NCBI GenBank assembly: GCA_964422165.1
Contig: CAYQZX010000022.1
Span: forward strand, 65,002 to 129,001
Direction: 5' to 3'
Origin: an uncultured Eubacteriales bacterium
Lineage (GTDB): Bacteria > Acidobacteriota > Aminicenantia > Aminicenantales > Saccharicenantaceae
Length of the DNA stretch: 64,000 nt
In this document: piece by piece, positions 47,803 through 57,640 of the stretch
Position numbering within the stretch: position 1 is the first letter of the stretch
How the letters are laid out: the number at the start of each line of letters is the position of its first letter
The notes under the pieces: generated by a model
The model's database searches: none
Told to the model about the DNA's origin: nothing
Seen by the model: only the letters and a program-made list of their open reading frames with translations
Program-made: the position numbers and the translations under genes

Positions 47803-49644
47803 GTGACCTTTATGCAAATTTATAAAGCCCGATGGCAGCTTAAATCTGCAGCTCTGGTTCTTATCCTGTGGTTCATCTTTGTTTCTTCTCTTGAAGCTTC
47901 CAGCCGCATCCTACCGCTTTCCCAGATTAAGCCCGGGATGAAGGGAATTGGAAGAAGCGTTTTTTCTGGCAGCCAGGTCGAAGAGTTTGAGGTGGAAATT
48001 CTGGGAGTGGTTGAGAACCAGCAGCCCCGGAGGAGCTGGATTCTGGCTAGGCTTAAAGGGCGGGGACTGGAAAGTACCGGGGTGATTTCCGGGATGAGCG
48101 GCAGCCCGGTTTACATTGACGGGCAGCTAATAGGGTCTGTGGCTTTCAGCTATGCTTTCACTAAAGAAGCTGTGGCTGGGCTAACCCCGATTGAAGAGAT
48201 GCTGGAAATCCCGGCCAGAGTTCAGGGAAAGAGAATTCAGTTTAGCACAGCTAAGGATTTACTCGCTGAAAGTTTGATTCAGGAGCATTTAGGGCAGACC
48301 TTTATTACCCTCAGCTCCCGTCAGGAGGAAGCCTGGAATCATGACCAGGGTATAATTCCCGTCAGAGTACCGCTAATTTTTTCCGGATTTTCAGAAAGAG
48401 CTTTTCAGGCTTTCAAACCTTTTTTCAGCGACCGGAATTTTCAACCGGTCTTAAGTTCCACAGAGGCCACTCCTCAGAGCTTAAAGCTGAGCCCTCAACC
48501 TGTTGTATTTAAAGAAGGTGAGGCCGTTGGGGTTCAGCTTATGACTGGAGACTTGGATCTGACTGCTGTGGGCACGGTAACCTACGTTGATGGGAACAGA
48601 ATCCTGGCTTTTGGCCATCCTTTTTATAATCTTGGTCCAGTAGATTACGGCCTGACCAGGGCTGAGATTCTGGGAGTGGTCCCGAGTCTTCAGAGCTCTT
48701 TTAAGCTGGCTTCGACAGGCCAGCTAGTCGGAAGGGTGGTTCAGGACAGAACCTCTGGGGTGCTGGGAGAAATTGGAGTTTTGCCCCGTTATGTCCCTGT
48801 CAATGTTGAAATTCAACGAAGCCCACTGAATCTGAAACAGTTCAAGTTGCGGCTGGTTAATGACCAGATTTTAACTCCAGCCCTCCTGAATCTCGGGCTT
48901 TATACCCTGATGAGCAGTGAAGAAAGGTCTTACGGAAACCTCTCTGTGGATTTTGAAGCCGATTTGTTTTTGGAACAGGGACTGAGTGTCCGCCTTGAAG
49001 ACCTGTTCACCGGAAATCTTGATAACCCCATCACCAGCCTTTCCAGCCTGGTAGCAGCTGTAGTTTATCTCTTAAAAAATAACGAATTCAAAGAAGTTGC
49101 CATCAACCAGGTTGAAATAAAAATCAAGGTTGTGGAGGAAATCCGGACGGCCACCCTGGAAAAAGTTTTGCTTGATAAATATGAAGTTTCTCCTGGAGAA
49201 ATAGTCAAGGTAAAAACCTATTTTCGCACCTTCAGCGGAGAGGTCAAAACTGAAGAGGTGGAGTTTATGACTCCGGCTCTTCCTTCAGGTTCAGAGTTTG
49301 AACTGGTGGTAGCTGAGGCCAGCTACATCCAGCAGTTAGAAAGAGAGCTTTATCGAGTCCAGGATTTTACCCCCCGCAACCTCAGTCAATTAATAAGGAT
49401 TCTCGGCAATCTGAGAAAAAACAACCGCATTTATTTTAGAATAATCGCTCCCCGGTCCGGGCTGTTTTTGAAAGGGGAAGAGCTGCCAAATTTACCACCA
49501 AGCTTCAAGAATATGTTCATCTCGCCGAGAGCCTCGACCGTTAATCTAATTGAGCTGAACCGTTCAACCCTGAGTGAGTACCAGCTGCCGATTCCTTATG
49601 TATTTAAAGGGGCTCTGACAGTTCCGATAAAAATAAAAAAGTAA
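47803..49644 (+). CDS. Secreted protein carrying SpoIVB/S55-peptidase-like motifs (GMSGSPV Ser motif and AFGHP His motif) in an unusual order
   Basis: Signal/anchor helix. VISGMSGSPVYIDGQLIGSV sits near residue 100 and AVGTVTYVDGNRILAFGHPF near residue 270. The roughly 330-aa C-terminal region has no recognisable motif. Confidence 0.4.
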   Translation: MTFMQIYKARWQLKSAALVLILWFIFVSSLEASSRILPLSQIKPGMKGIGRSVFSGSQVEEFEVEILGVVENQQPRRSWILARLKGRGLESTGVISGMSGSPVYIDGQLIGSVAFSYAFTKEAVAGLTPIEEMLEIPARVQGKRIQFSTAKDLLAESLIQEHLGQTFITLSSRQEEAWNHDQGIIPVRVPLIFSGFSERAFQAFKPFFSDRNFQPVLSSTEATPQSLKLSPQPVVFKEGEAVGVQLMTGDLDLTAVGTVTYVDGNRILAFGHPFYNLGPVDYGLTRAEILGVVPSLQSSFKLASTGQLVGRVVQDRTSGVLGEIGVLPRYVPVNVEIQRSPLNLKQFKLRLVNDQILTPALLNLGLYTLMSSEERSYGNLSVDFEADLFLEQGLSVRLEDLFTGNLDNPITSLSSLVAAVVYLLKNNEFKEVAINQVEIKIKVVEEIRTATLEKVLLDKYEVSPGEIVKVKTYFRTFSGEVKTEEVEFMTPALPSGSEFELVVAEASYIQQLERELYRVQDFTPRNLSQLIRILGNLRKNNRIYFRIIAPRSGLFLKGEELPNLPPSFKNMFISPRASTVNLIELNRSTLSEYQLPIPYVFKGALTVPIKIKK

Positions 49645-49699
49645 GGTTGAAGGAGAAAGCTTTCTAACGGGGCTTTGCTCCAGATAAGGCAGGTTAGAG

Positions 49700-51892
49700 A
49701 TGAAAGAAATCTTAAAACTGAGTTTAAAATTGTTTTTGGTTTTTATGCTGGTGACCAGTCTTCAGGCTGTCTCTCCCAGGCAGTGGGAGTTGAGGAGTCG
49801 GGAGGATTTTCTGAAAGGTAAATTCTCAGGAACCTCTCTTTCTTCAGATGGAGTTCTTTCCATAGGCTTCCGGATTGAAAAGATCGAACTTCCGGTCGAG
49901 GAATTTTATCTCTCAATAGCTAATGGTCCAGATGGCAGCCTGTATGTTGGTACTGGACATGGGGGCCGGGTTTATCGAATAGGTCGGGACAGGAAAGCTG
50001 AACTTTATTTTCAGGCTGCGGAAATGGATGTTACCTGCCTGGCGGTTGACCCTAAGGGTATTCTTTATGTCGGGACCTCGCCCAATGGCAAAATCTACAA
50101 GGTAACTTCGAAGAATAAGGGAGAGGTATTTTTTGACCCCCAGGAAAAATACCTCTGGGATCTACTGCTCACCGATAAAGGCAATCTGCTGGCTGCGGTG
50201 GGTGAAAGTGCCGGTGTCTATGAGATTACGCCATCAGGTTCCGGTAAAATGTTGTTTAAGGCCCGGGATAATCATATCCTGCGTCTTGTCTTAAGCCGGA
50301 ATGGTGAACTACTGGCCGGCAGCGGAGGACGGGGTCAGCTCTATAAAGTTTCTTTAAGTGGTCGGGTGAGTGTGGTTTTCGATTCCGGTTACGAAGAAAT
50401 CAGAAACATAGTCCAGACCCGGGAAGGCTATATCTATGTCAGCGCCTCAGGCCAGCCTTCAAGAATGGTAGCCACAGTTTCTACTGCTTCTGAAACCGAG
50501 CCGGTCAGAATCGACACTGAAGTCAGTCTGGTGGTTTCCACATCTGGAGCAGCCAGGGTGGCGTCCGAAACCGCTCCGGCTCGAGCCGAGAAGAAGCCTG
50601 TCGGGACTGTTTCCGGGGCCGTCTTTGAGATATCTCCTGAAGGCTTAAGCCGGAAAATCTGGAGTTCTGCTGAGGAAATGGTTTACAGCCTGATACCGGA
50701 CAGTGACCGATTGCAATTGCTTCTCGGCACCGGTAATCAGGGCCGAATCTATGGTCTGGACACTCGCGGCCAGTTTGAACTTCTGGCTCAGGAAAGCTCG
50801 GAGCAAATTTTTGAGTTGTATCGTCTGGACAATCAAATTCTGGTTCTCGGCAACAATCCCTGTTTTCTGGGAATTCTCCAGCCCGGTCAGAATTTTTCCG
50901 GCGAGTATTTGAGCCCGGTGCTGGATGCCAGAATTCTTTCTAACTGGGGCCGGATAAGCTGGGAAGCCGAATTTATTCCAGGCTCCACAGTTCAGGTGCA
51001 ATCCCGGAGCGGCAACACCGCTGAGCCAGACGAAACCTGGAGTGACTGGTCGCCACCTTATGCTCGTCCCGATGAAAAGATTTTAAGTCCAGCCGGCCGT
51101 TACCTTCAGCTTAAGGTCAATTTAAAAGGTCAGGGAGGGAAAGCCCTGCCAAGGGTTCAGCGAGTTCTGGTGTTTTACCAGCAGAACAACGTAGCCCCTG
51201 AAATTACCCGGCTGGAAATCCTTCCACCCAACCAGGTTTTTATCAAGCCACCAGAGCAGGATGAGGCCATCCTGGGCCTGGATCAGGCTTCACGTGAATC
51301 AGCCAGAAAAAAAGATGAATCAGACTTTTACCTGACCCCCAAAAAAGGGAAGCGTCAGGGATTCAGGACATTAAAATGGGAAGCTTCGGATGAGAATGAA
51401 GATGACCTCACCGCCAGCATTTACCTCAGAAAAGAGGGAGAAACGGACTGGAGGTTGATGCAGGAAAACCTAACCGATAAGGTTTTTTCTTTTGACACCC
51501 GCAATTTTCCGGATGGAACCTACTGGCTTAAAGTGGAGGTAACCGACCTTCCTTCTAATCCCCCAGGGACTGAAAAAAAAGCGGAAAAAACCAGTCCTCC
51601 TGTGGTAATAGACAATTCTTTACCGGTGATTAAAAATTTACAGGTTGCAAGAACAGGAGAGAGGTTGGAAGTTTCCTTCACAGCTGAAGATGCCTATTCC
51701 TACATAGCTGAGGTCAAATACTTAGTTAAATCGGATGACTGGAAGCTGGTTTTTCCGGTGGATGGTATTTGTGATTCTCGGAGTGAAAATTTTAAGTTCA
51801 ACCTGAAACTCCCCCAGGCTTCAGATAACCTTCTGATAATTCGCGTCAAAGACAGCTTTGGTAATGTTGGGGTTTATCATCACCGTTTTTAA
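49700..51892 (+). CDS. Secreted beta-propeller repeat protein with a C-terminal Ig/Fn3-like domain
   Basis: Signal peptide ending LQA. Repeated G..G.(I/V)Y(K/R)(V/I) blade motifs (GHGGRVYRI, SPNGKIYKV, SAGVYEI, GRGQLYKV). The C-terminal region resembles Y_Y_Y/Ig-like sensor domains (FPDGTYWLKVEVTD). Confidence 0.45.
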   Translation: MKEILKLSLKLFLVFMLVTSLQAVSPRQWELRSREDFLKGKFSGTSLSSDGVLSIGFRIEKIELPVEEFYLSIANGPDGSLYVGTGHGGRVYRIGRDRKAELYFQAAEMDVTCLAVDPKGILYVGTSPNGKIYKVTSKNKGEVFFDPQEKYLWDLLLTDKGNLLAAVGESAGVYEITPSGSGKMLFKARDNHILRLVLSRNGELLAGSGGRGQLYKVSLSGRVSVVFDSGYEEIRNIVQTREGYIYVSASGQPSRMVATVSTASETEPVRIDTEVSLVVSTSGAARVASETAPARAEKKPVGTVSGAVFEISPEGLSRKIWSSAEEMVYSLIPDSDRLQLLLGTGNQGRIYGLDTRGQFELLAQESSEQIFELYRLDNQILVLGNNPCFLGILQPGQNFSGEYLSPVLDARILSNWGRISWEAEFIPGSTVQVQSRSGNTAEPDETWSDWSPPYARPDEKILSPAGRYLQLKVNLKGQGGKALPRVQRVLVFYQQNNVAPEITRLEILPPNQVFIKPPEQDEAILGLDQASRESARKKDESDFYLTPKKGKRQGFRTLKWEASDENEDDLTASIYLRKEGETDWRLMQENLTDKVFSFDTRNFPDGTYWLKVEVTDLPSNPPGTEKKAEKTSPPVVIDNSLPVIKNLQVARTGERLEVSFTAEDAYSYIAEVKYLVKSDDWKLVFPVDGICDSRSENFKFNLKLPQASDNLLIIRVKDSFGNVGVYHHRF

Positions 51893-52148
51893 GGTAGTTA
51901 ATTTGAAAAAATGGGGTCAGAGTCAGTGTGTGGCTTTGATTCAGGTTCCAGTAAATAGCCCTGACTGGTAATTTGATTTCCAGCTTTAATTCGTTTTTGT
52001 AAACCGGAGAGGGGATTATCGTCGGAGATAAATTTATTAATAACGGAGGGGCTTTCTCTGTTAATAACAAAATAAACCTTAAAGAGACACTGGCATTGAA
52101 GCAAAAAAAGATTTTGCCGGCTGAATTTTGATCGGTTTTGACCAGTTT

Positions 52149-52715
52149 TTATCTGGTTTTTACCCTTTCCAGATACTTGTCTTCTCTGGTATCGACTCTG
52201 ATGACATCACCTTCTTTGATGAACTGAGGAACCTGGATGACCAGTCCGGTTTCCAGTTTGGCCGGCTTGGAACTGGCGCTCTGAGTAGCTCCTTTAAGCA
52301 TCGGTTCTGTTTCTACCACGGTTAAATCCACGGTGTTGGGCAGCCTGATGCCGACCGGCTGTCCTTCATACATTTCTATTGTCAGAACTAGGTCGGGAAT
52401 TAAGTAGTTTAGGCCGTCACCGATAGCTTCCAGGTCCAGCTTAATCTGTTCGTAGGTCTGGAGGTTCATGAAGTAGAATTCGTCACCGCTGCGATAAAGA
52501 TAGACCATCTCCACTTCTTCTAAATAAGCCTGTTCCACTCGGTCTTCAGAGCGGAATCGGTATTCTAACTGAGAATTGTCCTTGATATTGCGGAGTTTGG
52601 TCTGAACCATGGCCTTCCAGCGGCCCGGGGTGATTAGCTGGCAATCCAGAACTCGGTAAAGTTGTCCTTCCAGCTTGATGATCATTCCTCTGCGAATTTT
52701 GGTGGCATCAATCAT
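52149..52715 (-). CDS. efp: Translation elongation factor P with Arg at the position of the modified Lys/Arg (loop TPGRW)
   Basis: Full-length alignment to EF-P (KOW-like domain I, OB domains II and III; C-terminal VPQFIKEGDVIRVDTR..YLERV). The loop reads ITPGRWKAM where E. coli has VKPGKGQAF. Confidence 0.85.
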   Translation of the reverse strand: MIDATKIRRGMIIKLEGQLYRVLDCQLITPGRWKAMVQTKLRNIKDNSQLEYRFRSEDRVEQAYLEEVEMVYLYRSGDEFYFMNLQTYEQIKLDLEAIGDGLNYLIPDLVLTIEMYEGQPVGIRLPNTVDLTVVETEPMLKGATQSASSKPAKLETGLVIQVPQFIKEGDVIRVDTREDKYLERVKTR

Positions 52716-52825
52716 CGAGCCTCCTTGCGAGAAAAGAAAATTACTCTTCCCGTTTAGACAGGAAAGATCTCTGGTAAGGTTAGATTATTATTTTACAAAA
52801 AATTCCTGGTTTGTCTATTTAGCCA

Positions 52826-53947
52826 CTAAAATTTTCGTCTTTCCAGGCTCAGTCCCCGGTCAACTCTCACAAGGTAAGCCCGGCCGCCGACTTTTTCTAT
52901 GGCTCTGGCTACACCTTCGGCATTCTCGGGAGCGTAGGCAAACATACAGCCGCCGCCACCTGAACCGTTGATTTTTCCGCCGAGGGCTCCATTTTCCAGA
53001 GCGGCCTGGAGCATCCGGTCTATTTTGGGAGTGGAGATGCCTACCAGTTCTCTCAGCACTTTCTGATGCTCGGTGAGCAGGCGGCCGAATTCCTGATGGT
53101 CAAAGTTTTTTTGCTGAAAGAGTTTAAGACCTTCTCTGGTAATCTCCCGGTTCAGCACAGCTCCGCAGAGAGGGTTTTTAATTTCCGGTGGCAAGTCCTG
53201 ACTGAACTTTAATATTTCTGCTTCGGATAAAGTTTGAAGGTCCAGGTCCGGAAGCTTTTTTTTGATGATTTCAAGTCCGGCCCTGACCCTTTCCCGGACA
53301 GAGCCCAGAAGACCGGTGGTGTTCTTCTTTTCCAGAGAATCTCCGAGGACAAAACTGCCGAAGTCCTCGCGCAGGCGAGTAATTTTGAGTTCCCCGGCAA
53401 ACTGAATCCAGAGTACTCCACCTAAAGCTGAGGTGTAATGGTCCATTTTTCCGCCTGGTTCCTGAAACTCCACTACTTCTGCCTGATGAGCCAGCTCTGC
53501 TACAGCTTCTGGTGAAGGAGCCAGGTCAGTCCGACTACAGATTTCCAGCAGGAACCGGGTCCAGGCCACCACCATAGCCGAGGAACTGGAAGTGCCGGCG
53601 TTTATCGGGATCTCACCGCGCAGGGTACATTCCCAGCCGTTCTTAAACTCACAGCCCAGCCTCAACAGCAGGTTAAAGGTGCTCCGCAGGTAATCCCGGT
53701 CTTTCTGGTAAGGGAGCTCACTTTCAGGAACTATTCTTTCTTCCTCTCCGATATCCGGAAGATGAATCAAGAAATCTGGACTTCTTCTGGGTTTTCCTGA
53801 GACGTAAAACCTCAGACTGATAGCTGCGGCCACTACCGGCAGGCCCAGGTAATCCTGGTGCTCACCAAAAAGGCAAATTCTTCCGGGGGATGAAATCAAC
53901 AAGGTTTCTTCGATCATCTTCTCTTCCATCTGTCTTAGTTTAGCCAT
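52826..53947 (-). CDS. GHMP-family sugar kinase (galactokinase-like)
   Basis: SSPGRICLFGEHQDYLG (galactokinase signature), PINAGTSSSSA (GHMP ATP-binding motif 2) and NGSGGGGC (motif 3). Confidence 0.7.
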   Translation of the reverse strand: MAKLRQMEEKMIEETLLISSPGRICLFGEHQDYLGLPVVAAAISLRFYVSGKPRRSPDFLIHLPDIGEEERIVPESELPYQKDRDYLRSTFNLLLRLGCEFKNGWECTLRGEIPINAGTSSSSAMVVAWTRFLLEICSRTDLAPSPEAVAELAHQAEVVEFQEPGGKMDHYTSALGGVLWIQFAGELKITRLREDFGSFVLGDSLEKKNTTGLLGSVRERVRAGLEIIKKKLPDLDLQTLSEAEILKFSQDLPPEIKNPLCGAVLNREITREGLKLFQQKNFDHQEFGRLLTEHQKVLRELVGISTPKIDRMLQAALENGALGGKINGSGGGGCMFAYAPENAEGVARAIEKVGGRAYLVRVDRGLSLERRKF

Positions 53948-54170
53948 AATATCTATCCTTTTCCAGATGGTCTGTCAATCCGACTGTTCTTTCAGGCTTA
54001 GCTTCTCGCTGGCAGATAGCGGCTGACTGGTGTTACGAAAAATAAATAAATAACACTGAATTTAGAAAAATTGCAAAGTAAATGACCGGAAAGATTCCAC
54101 TTAGTCTTTCCCGTTGATTTATTCCTGAAAATTATTTATAAAGAACTCCTACCACGCTTGAAGGCAGCCA

Positions 54171-54938
54171 ATGAGAATAATTTTTCTGGGTACCGGTGGG
54201 GCTGTGCCCACGGCCCACCGGGATAACACCAGTTTTTTAATAGAAAGCAGCGGTCGGCTTATTCTGGTTGATTCTCCAGGGTCCTTAACCCAGAAAATCC
54301 TGAAAGCAGGCTGTTCTCCTCGACAGGTTTCGGCCGTTTTCCTCAGTCATATTCATGCTGATCATGTTTACGGACTGCCTTCGTTTATCCACAGCTTAAT
54401 GCTGGAAAATCAGACTGTTCTGCTTTTCGGTTCGGAAGAAACTATCTCTTTCTGTCTCCAGCTGTTGGACCTGTTTAATCTCAGAAAAGAAAAAATATTG
54501 TGCCGGGTAGAGCCGCGGGTTCTTCATCCTGAAATCAGGTCTGAAATTTTCCCGGGCCTGGCTGTGACCGGCTTTATAGTGCCTCATCATTCTTCTTCTC
54601 TGGCATTTCTGTTTGAGACTCAGGAAAGAAAGATTCTTTACTCTGGCGATACTCCGGTTTACCCGCCTTTATTTGAGATAGCTTCCCGGGCTGACATTCT
54701 GGTGCATGACTGCAGCGTTCCTTTCCGCTATTTTGAATTGCTCCCATTTCTCAAATCCAGGCACAGCAACTCCTTAGAACTTGGAAAGACAGCCCGGGCT
54801 TACGGGGTGAAATATCTGGTGCCCTGCCATTTTTTTAGCGACCTGGATTTTTCTATGGAGGAAATAGAGGCGGAAATCAGAGAAAATTATGAGGGACAGC
54901 TCTTCCTCCCGAGTGATTTTTCTGAATTGGAATGGTAG
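54171..54938 (+). CDS. MBL-fold metallo-hydrolase (RNase Z / PhnP-like)
   Basis: LSHIHADHVYGL (HxHxDH) motif, a downstream His, and a later Asp/His (HDCS, CHF). Confidence 0.7.
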   Translation: MRIIFLGTGGAVPTAHRDNTSFLIESSGRLILVDSPGSLTQKILKAGCSPRQVSAVFLSHIHADHVYGLPSFIHSLMLENQTVLLFGSEETISFCLQLLDLFNLRKEKILCRVEPRVLHPEIRSEIFPGLAVTGFIVPHHSSSLAFLFETQERKILYSGDTPVYPPLFEIASRADILVHDCSVPFRYFELLPFLKSRHSNSLELGKTARAYGVKYLVPCHFFSDLDFSMEEIEAEIRENYEGQLFLPSDFSELEW

Positions 54939-55075
54939 GGAAAAAATGGAGACACAATCTATATTTCCTATTTTTGCAATAGATTTTCTATGAAAGTATG
55001 AAAGTGAGAAGATTGACTGTGCTGTCTCTGATTTGAATCTGATTTTATTTAGGTTGTCATCAGAAAGGAGGTGCC

Positions 55076-56677
55076 ATGGCTGAGATAGCTTTGATAAATG
55101 GACGGGTCTGGACTGCTAACCCTGTTCAGCCTGAGGCTGAAGCCCTGGCTGTAGCCCATAATAGAATAATTAAAGTAGGAGCGACCTCTGAAATTAAGAA
55201 GCTAATTGGTTCAAAAACCAGAGTAATTGACCTTAAGGGGGCACTGGTACTTCCAGGCTTTATAGATGCCCATACCCATTTCTTAAAAGGCGGGTTGTCT
55301 CTGCGTTCAGTTCAGCTGCGGGATTGTCGCACCCGCCAGGAGTTCATAAGCCGGATTAAAGATCGAGCCAGAGAATTACCCCCGGGTTCCTGGATATTAA
55401 ATGGTGACTGGGATCATGAACAGCTGGAATCACCTGAGCTGCCCTCAAAAGACTGGATAGATGCCGTAAGCCCAGCTCATCCGGTCTGTGTAAACCGGTT
55501 TGACGGCCACATGGTTCTGGTTAATAGCCTGGCTCTGAAACTGGCTAAAATTGACCGAAACACTATTTCCCCTCCAGGTGGCGAAATCGTCAAAGACCCT
55601 GAGACCGGAGAACCAACGGGTATTCTGAAGGAGGCTGCCGCTGAGTTGGTTTACCGCATTATTCCTGAACCGACCTTAAGTGAAAAAATTGAGGCCGTCA
55701 AGGCGGCTTGCCAGGAAGCTGGCCGCTACGGAGTTACTTCAATTCACGACATGTCTGAGGCCACCAGTTTTGAAGTCTACCAGGAGCTACTGAGGTCCGG
55801 TCAGCTGACAGCCCGGCTTTATGTCTATATCCAGATAACGGAGATTGAAAGTTTCCTGCGGCTCAGACTGAAATCGGGCTTCGGACATCCTTTTTTAAGG
55901 CTGGCCGGTTTGAAAGGTTTTGTAGACGGTTCTCTGGGTTCCAGCACGGCCCTGTTTTTTGAGCCCTACAGCGACAATCCAGAGTCTTATGGTCTGCTGG
56001 CTTCTCATATGTTTCCTGAAGGAATTATGGAGAAAAGACTCCGCCAGGCTGATCAGGCCGGACTTCAGGTAGCCATTCACGCCATAGGCGACCGGGCCAA
56101 CGCTCTGCTTCTTGATATGATGGAAAAAATCATTCAGGAAAACGGGGAAAGAGAGCGGCGGTGGCGGGTGGAGCATGCTCAGCATTTAAGAGCTACTGAT
56201 ATAGAACGCTTTGGCCGTTTGAAACTCATCGCTTCGATTCAACCCTATCATGCTATAGATGATGGCTGTTGGGCTGAGCGAAAAATAGGCCCGGAAAGAG
56301 CCAGAACCACTTATGCTTCAAACTCCCTGAATCGGGCCGGAGCCGTTCTGGTGTTTGGTTCGGACTGGACCGTAGCTCCTCTTAACCCCCTCACCGGTAT
56401 TTACGCAGCTGTAACCAGAAGAACCCTGGATGGCCGAAATCCTGACGGCTGGATTCCTGAAGAAAAAATATCAGTTGAGGAAGCCATTAAGAGCTACACC
56501 ATCAGGGCAGCCTATGCTGAATTTTCCGAAAAAGAGAAAGGTTCGCTGGAGCCCGGCAAACTGGCTGACCTGGTGGTCATAGACCGCGACCTCTTCCAAA
56601 TCCCCCCTGAAGATATTCTTAAAGCCAGAGTTATCCTGACCATGGTCGACGGCCGGGTTATCTATGATATTCTATGA
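55076..56677 (+). CDS. Amidohydrolase-3 family metal-dependent hydrolase (YtcJ-like)
   Basis: LPGFIDAHTHF HxH motif, VAIHAIGD, and the FGSDW C-terminal Asp motif. Confidence 0.75.
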   Translation: MAEIALINGRVWTANPVQPEAEALAVAHNRIIKVGATSEIKKLIGSKTRVIDLKGALVLPGFIDAHTHFLKGGLSLRSVQLRDCRTRQEFISRIKDRARELPPGSWILNGDWDHEQLESPELPSKDWIDAVSPAHPVCVNRFDGHMVLVNSLALKLAKIDRNTISPPGGEIVKDPETGEPTGILKEAAAELVYRIIPEPTLSEKIEAVKAACQEAGRYGVTSIHDMSEATSFEVYQELLRSGQLTARLYVYIQITEIESFLRLRLKSGFGHPFLRLAGLKGFVDGSLGSSTALFFEPYSDNPESYGLLASHMFPEGIMEKRLRQADQAGLQVAIHAIGDRANALLLDMMEKIIQENGERERRWRVEHAQHLRATDIERFGRLKLIASIQPYHAIDDGCWAERKIGPERARTTYASNSLNRAGAVLVFGSDWTVAPLNPLTGIYAAVTRRTLDGRNPDGWIPEEKISVEEAIKSYTIRAAYAEFSEKEKGSLEPGKLADLVVIDRDLFQIPPEDILKARVILTMVDGRVIYDIL

Positions 56678-56967
56678 GAGTATGACTGCTAATCAGGGGT
56701 AAGAACTAAAGGAAAAGCAACCGGCCTTAAGACAACAGATAATTCTCACTCTGGCCGATTTTTCTGATAGATTTATCCATAGATGTTTGAGATAAAAAAA
56801 CGGGTCTTTTTAAGGTCTTTATTCCTGTCAAAAAGCTGAGAGATTCAAGCAATTGGCCTGTCCTGAGGTTTCTGGTTTTCATTAGAGCTATTAATTTTTT
56901 TGACAGTCTGTGTCATAATCACACAGGAATTTAATATGATTTAAATCAAACAAGGAATATAAGGTTA

Positions 56968-57636
56968 ATGAAACAGGAAGAGCTCTTTTCCCCTGAAGCC
57001 GGGCACGTAGGAACTGACGAGTCCGGAAAAGGTGATTATTTCGGTCCACTGGTGGTGGCTGGTTTTTTCCTGCCTGATGGGCAGGAAGGAGTACTGCAGG
57101 AACTGGGGGTGCGGGATTCCAAGAAAATCTCCGACAGCCGGGTACTGGAAATTGCCAGGGCCATCAGGAAAGCTTATCCCTGTTCAGTGGTAGTTATAGG
57201 TCCCGAACGCTATAATTCTCTTTATAATAGCCTGAGAAACCTGAACCGGCTTCTGGCCTGGGGTCATGCCCGGGCTATTGAAAATATTCTGGAGCAGGTT
57301 AACTGTGCGGTGGCTCTGACTGACCAGTTTGGCGATGAGAAGTTTGTCCGGCAGGCTCTGATGAAAAAGGGCAAACAGGTTGAGCTGATTCAGAGAACCA
57401 GAGCTGAAGAAGACCTGGCCGTAGCCGCCGCTTCCATCCTGGCCCGGGCCCAGTTTCTTACCAGACTGAAGGCTCTTTCAGAAGAATATGGTCTGGAACT
57501 ACCGAAAGGAGCTTCACCTCTGGTAGAAGAAGCCGGGGTCAGGCTGGTTAGAAAATACGGGACTGAGGTCTTAAACAGGGTGGCTAAAATCCACTTTAAG
57601 ACTACTGAAAGAATTCTTAAAATTGCCGGAGGCTAA
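56968..57636 (+). CDS. RNase HII/HIII-family ribonuclease (HIII-like catalytic domain without the N-terminal TBP-like domain)
   Basis: GTDESGKGDYFGPLVVA (DEDD first motif with the GKGD spacing typical of HIII), DSK, and downstream acidic residues; 222 aa. Confidence 0.6.
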   Translation: MKQEELFSPEAGHVGTDESGKGDYFGPLVVAGFFLPDGQEGVLQELGVRDSKKISDSRVLEIARAIRKAYPCSVVVIGPERYNSLYNSLRNLNRLLAWGHARAIENILEQVNCAVALTDQFGDEKFVRQALMKKGKQVELIQRTRAEEDLAVAAASILARAQFLTRLKALSEEYGLELPKGASPLVEEAGVRLVRKYGTEVLNRVAKIHFKTTERILKIAGG

Positions 57637-57640
57637 AAAA

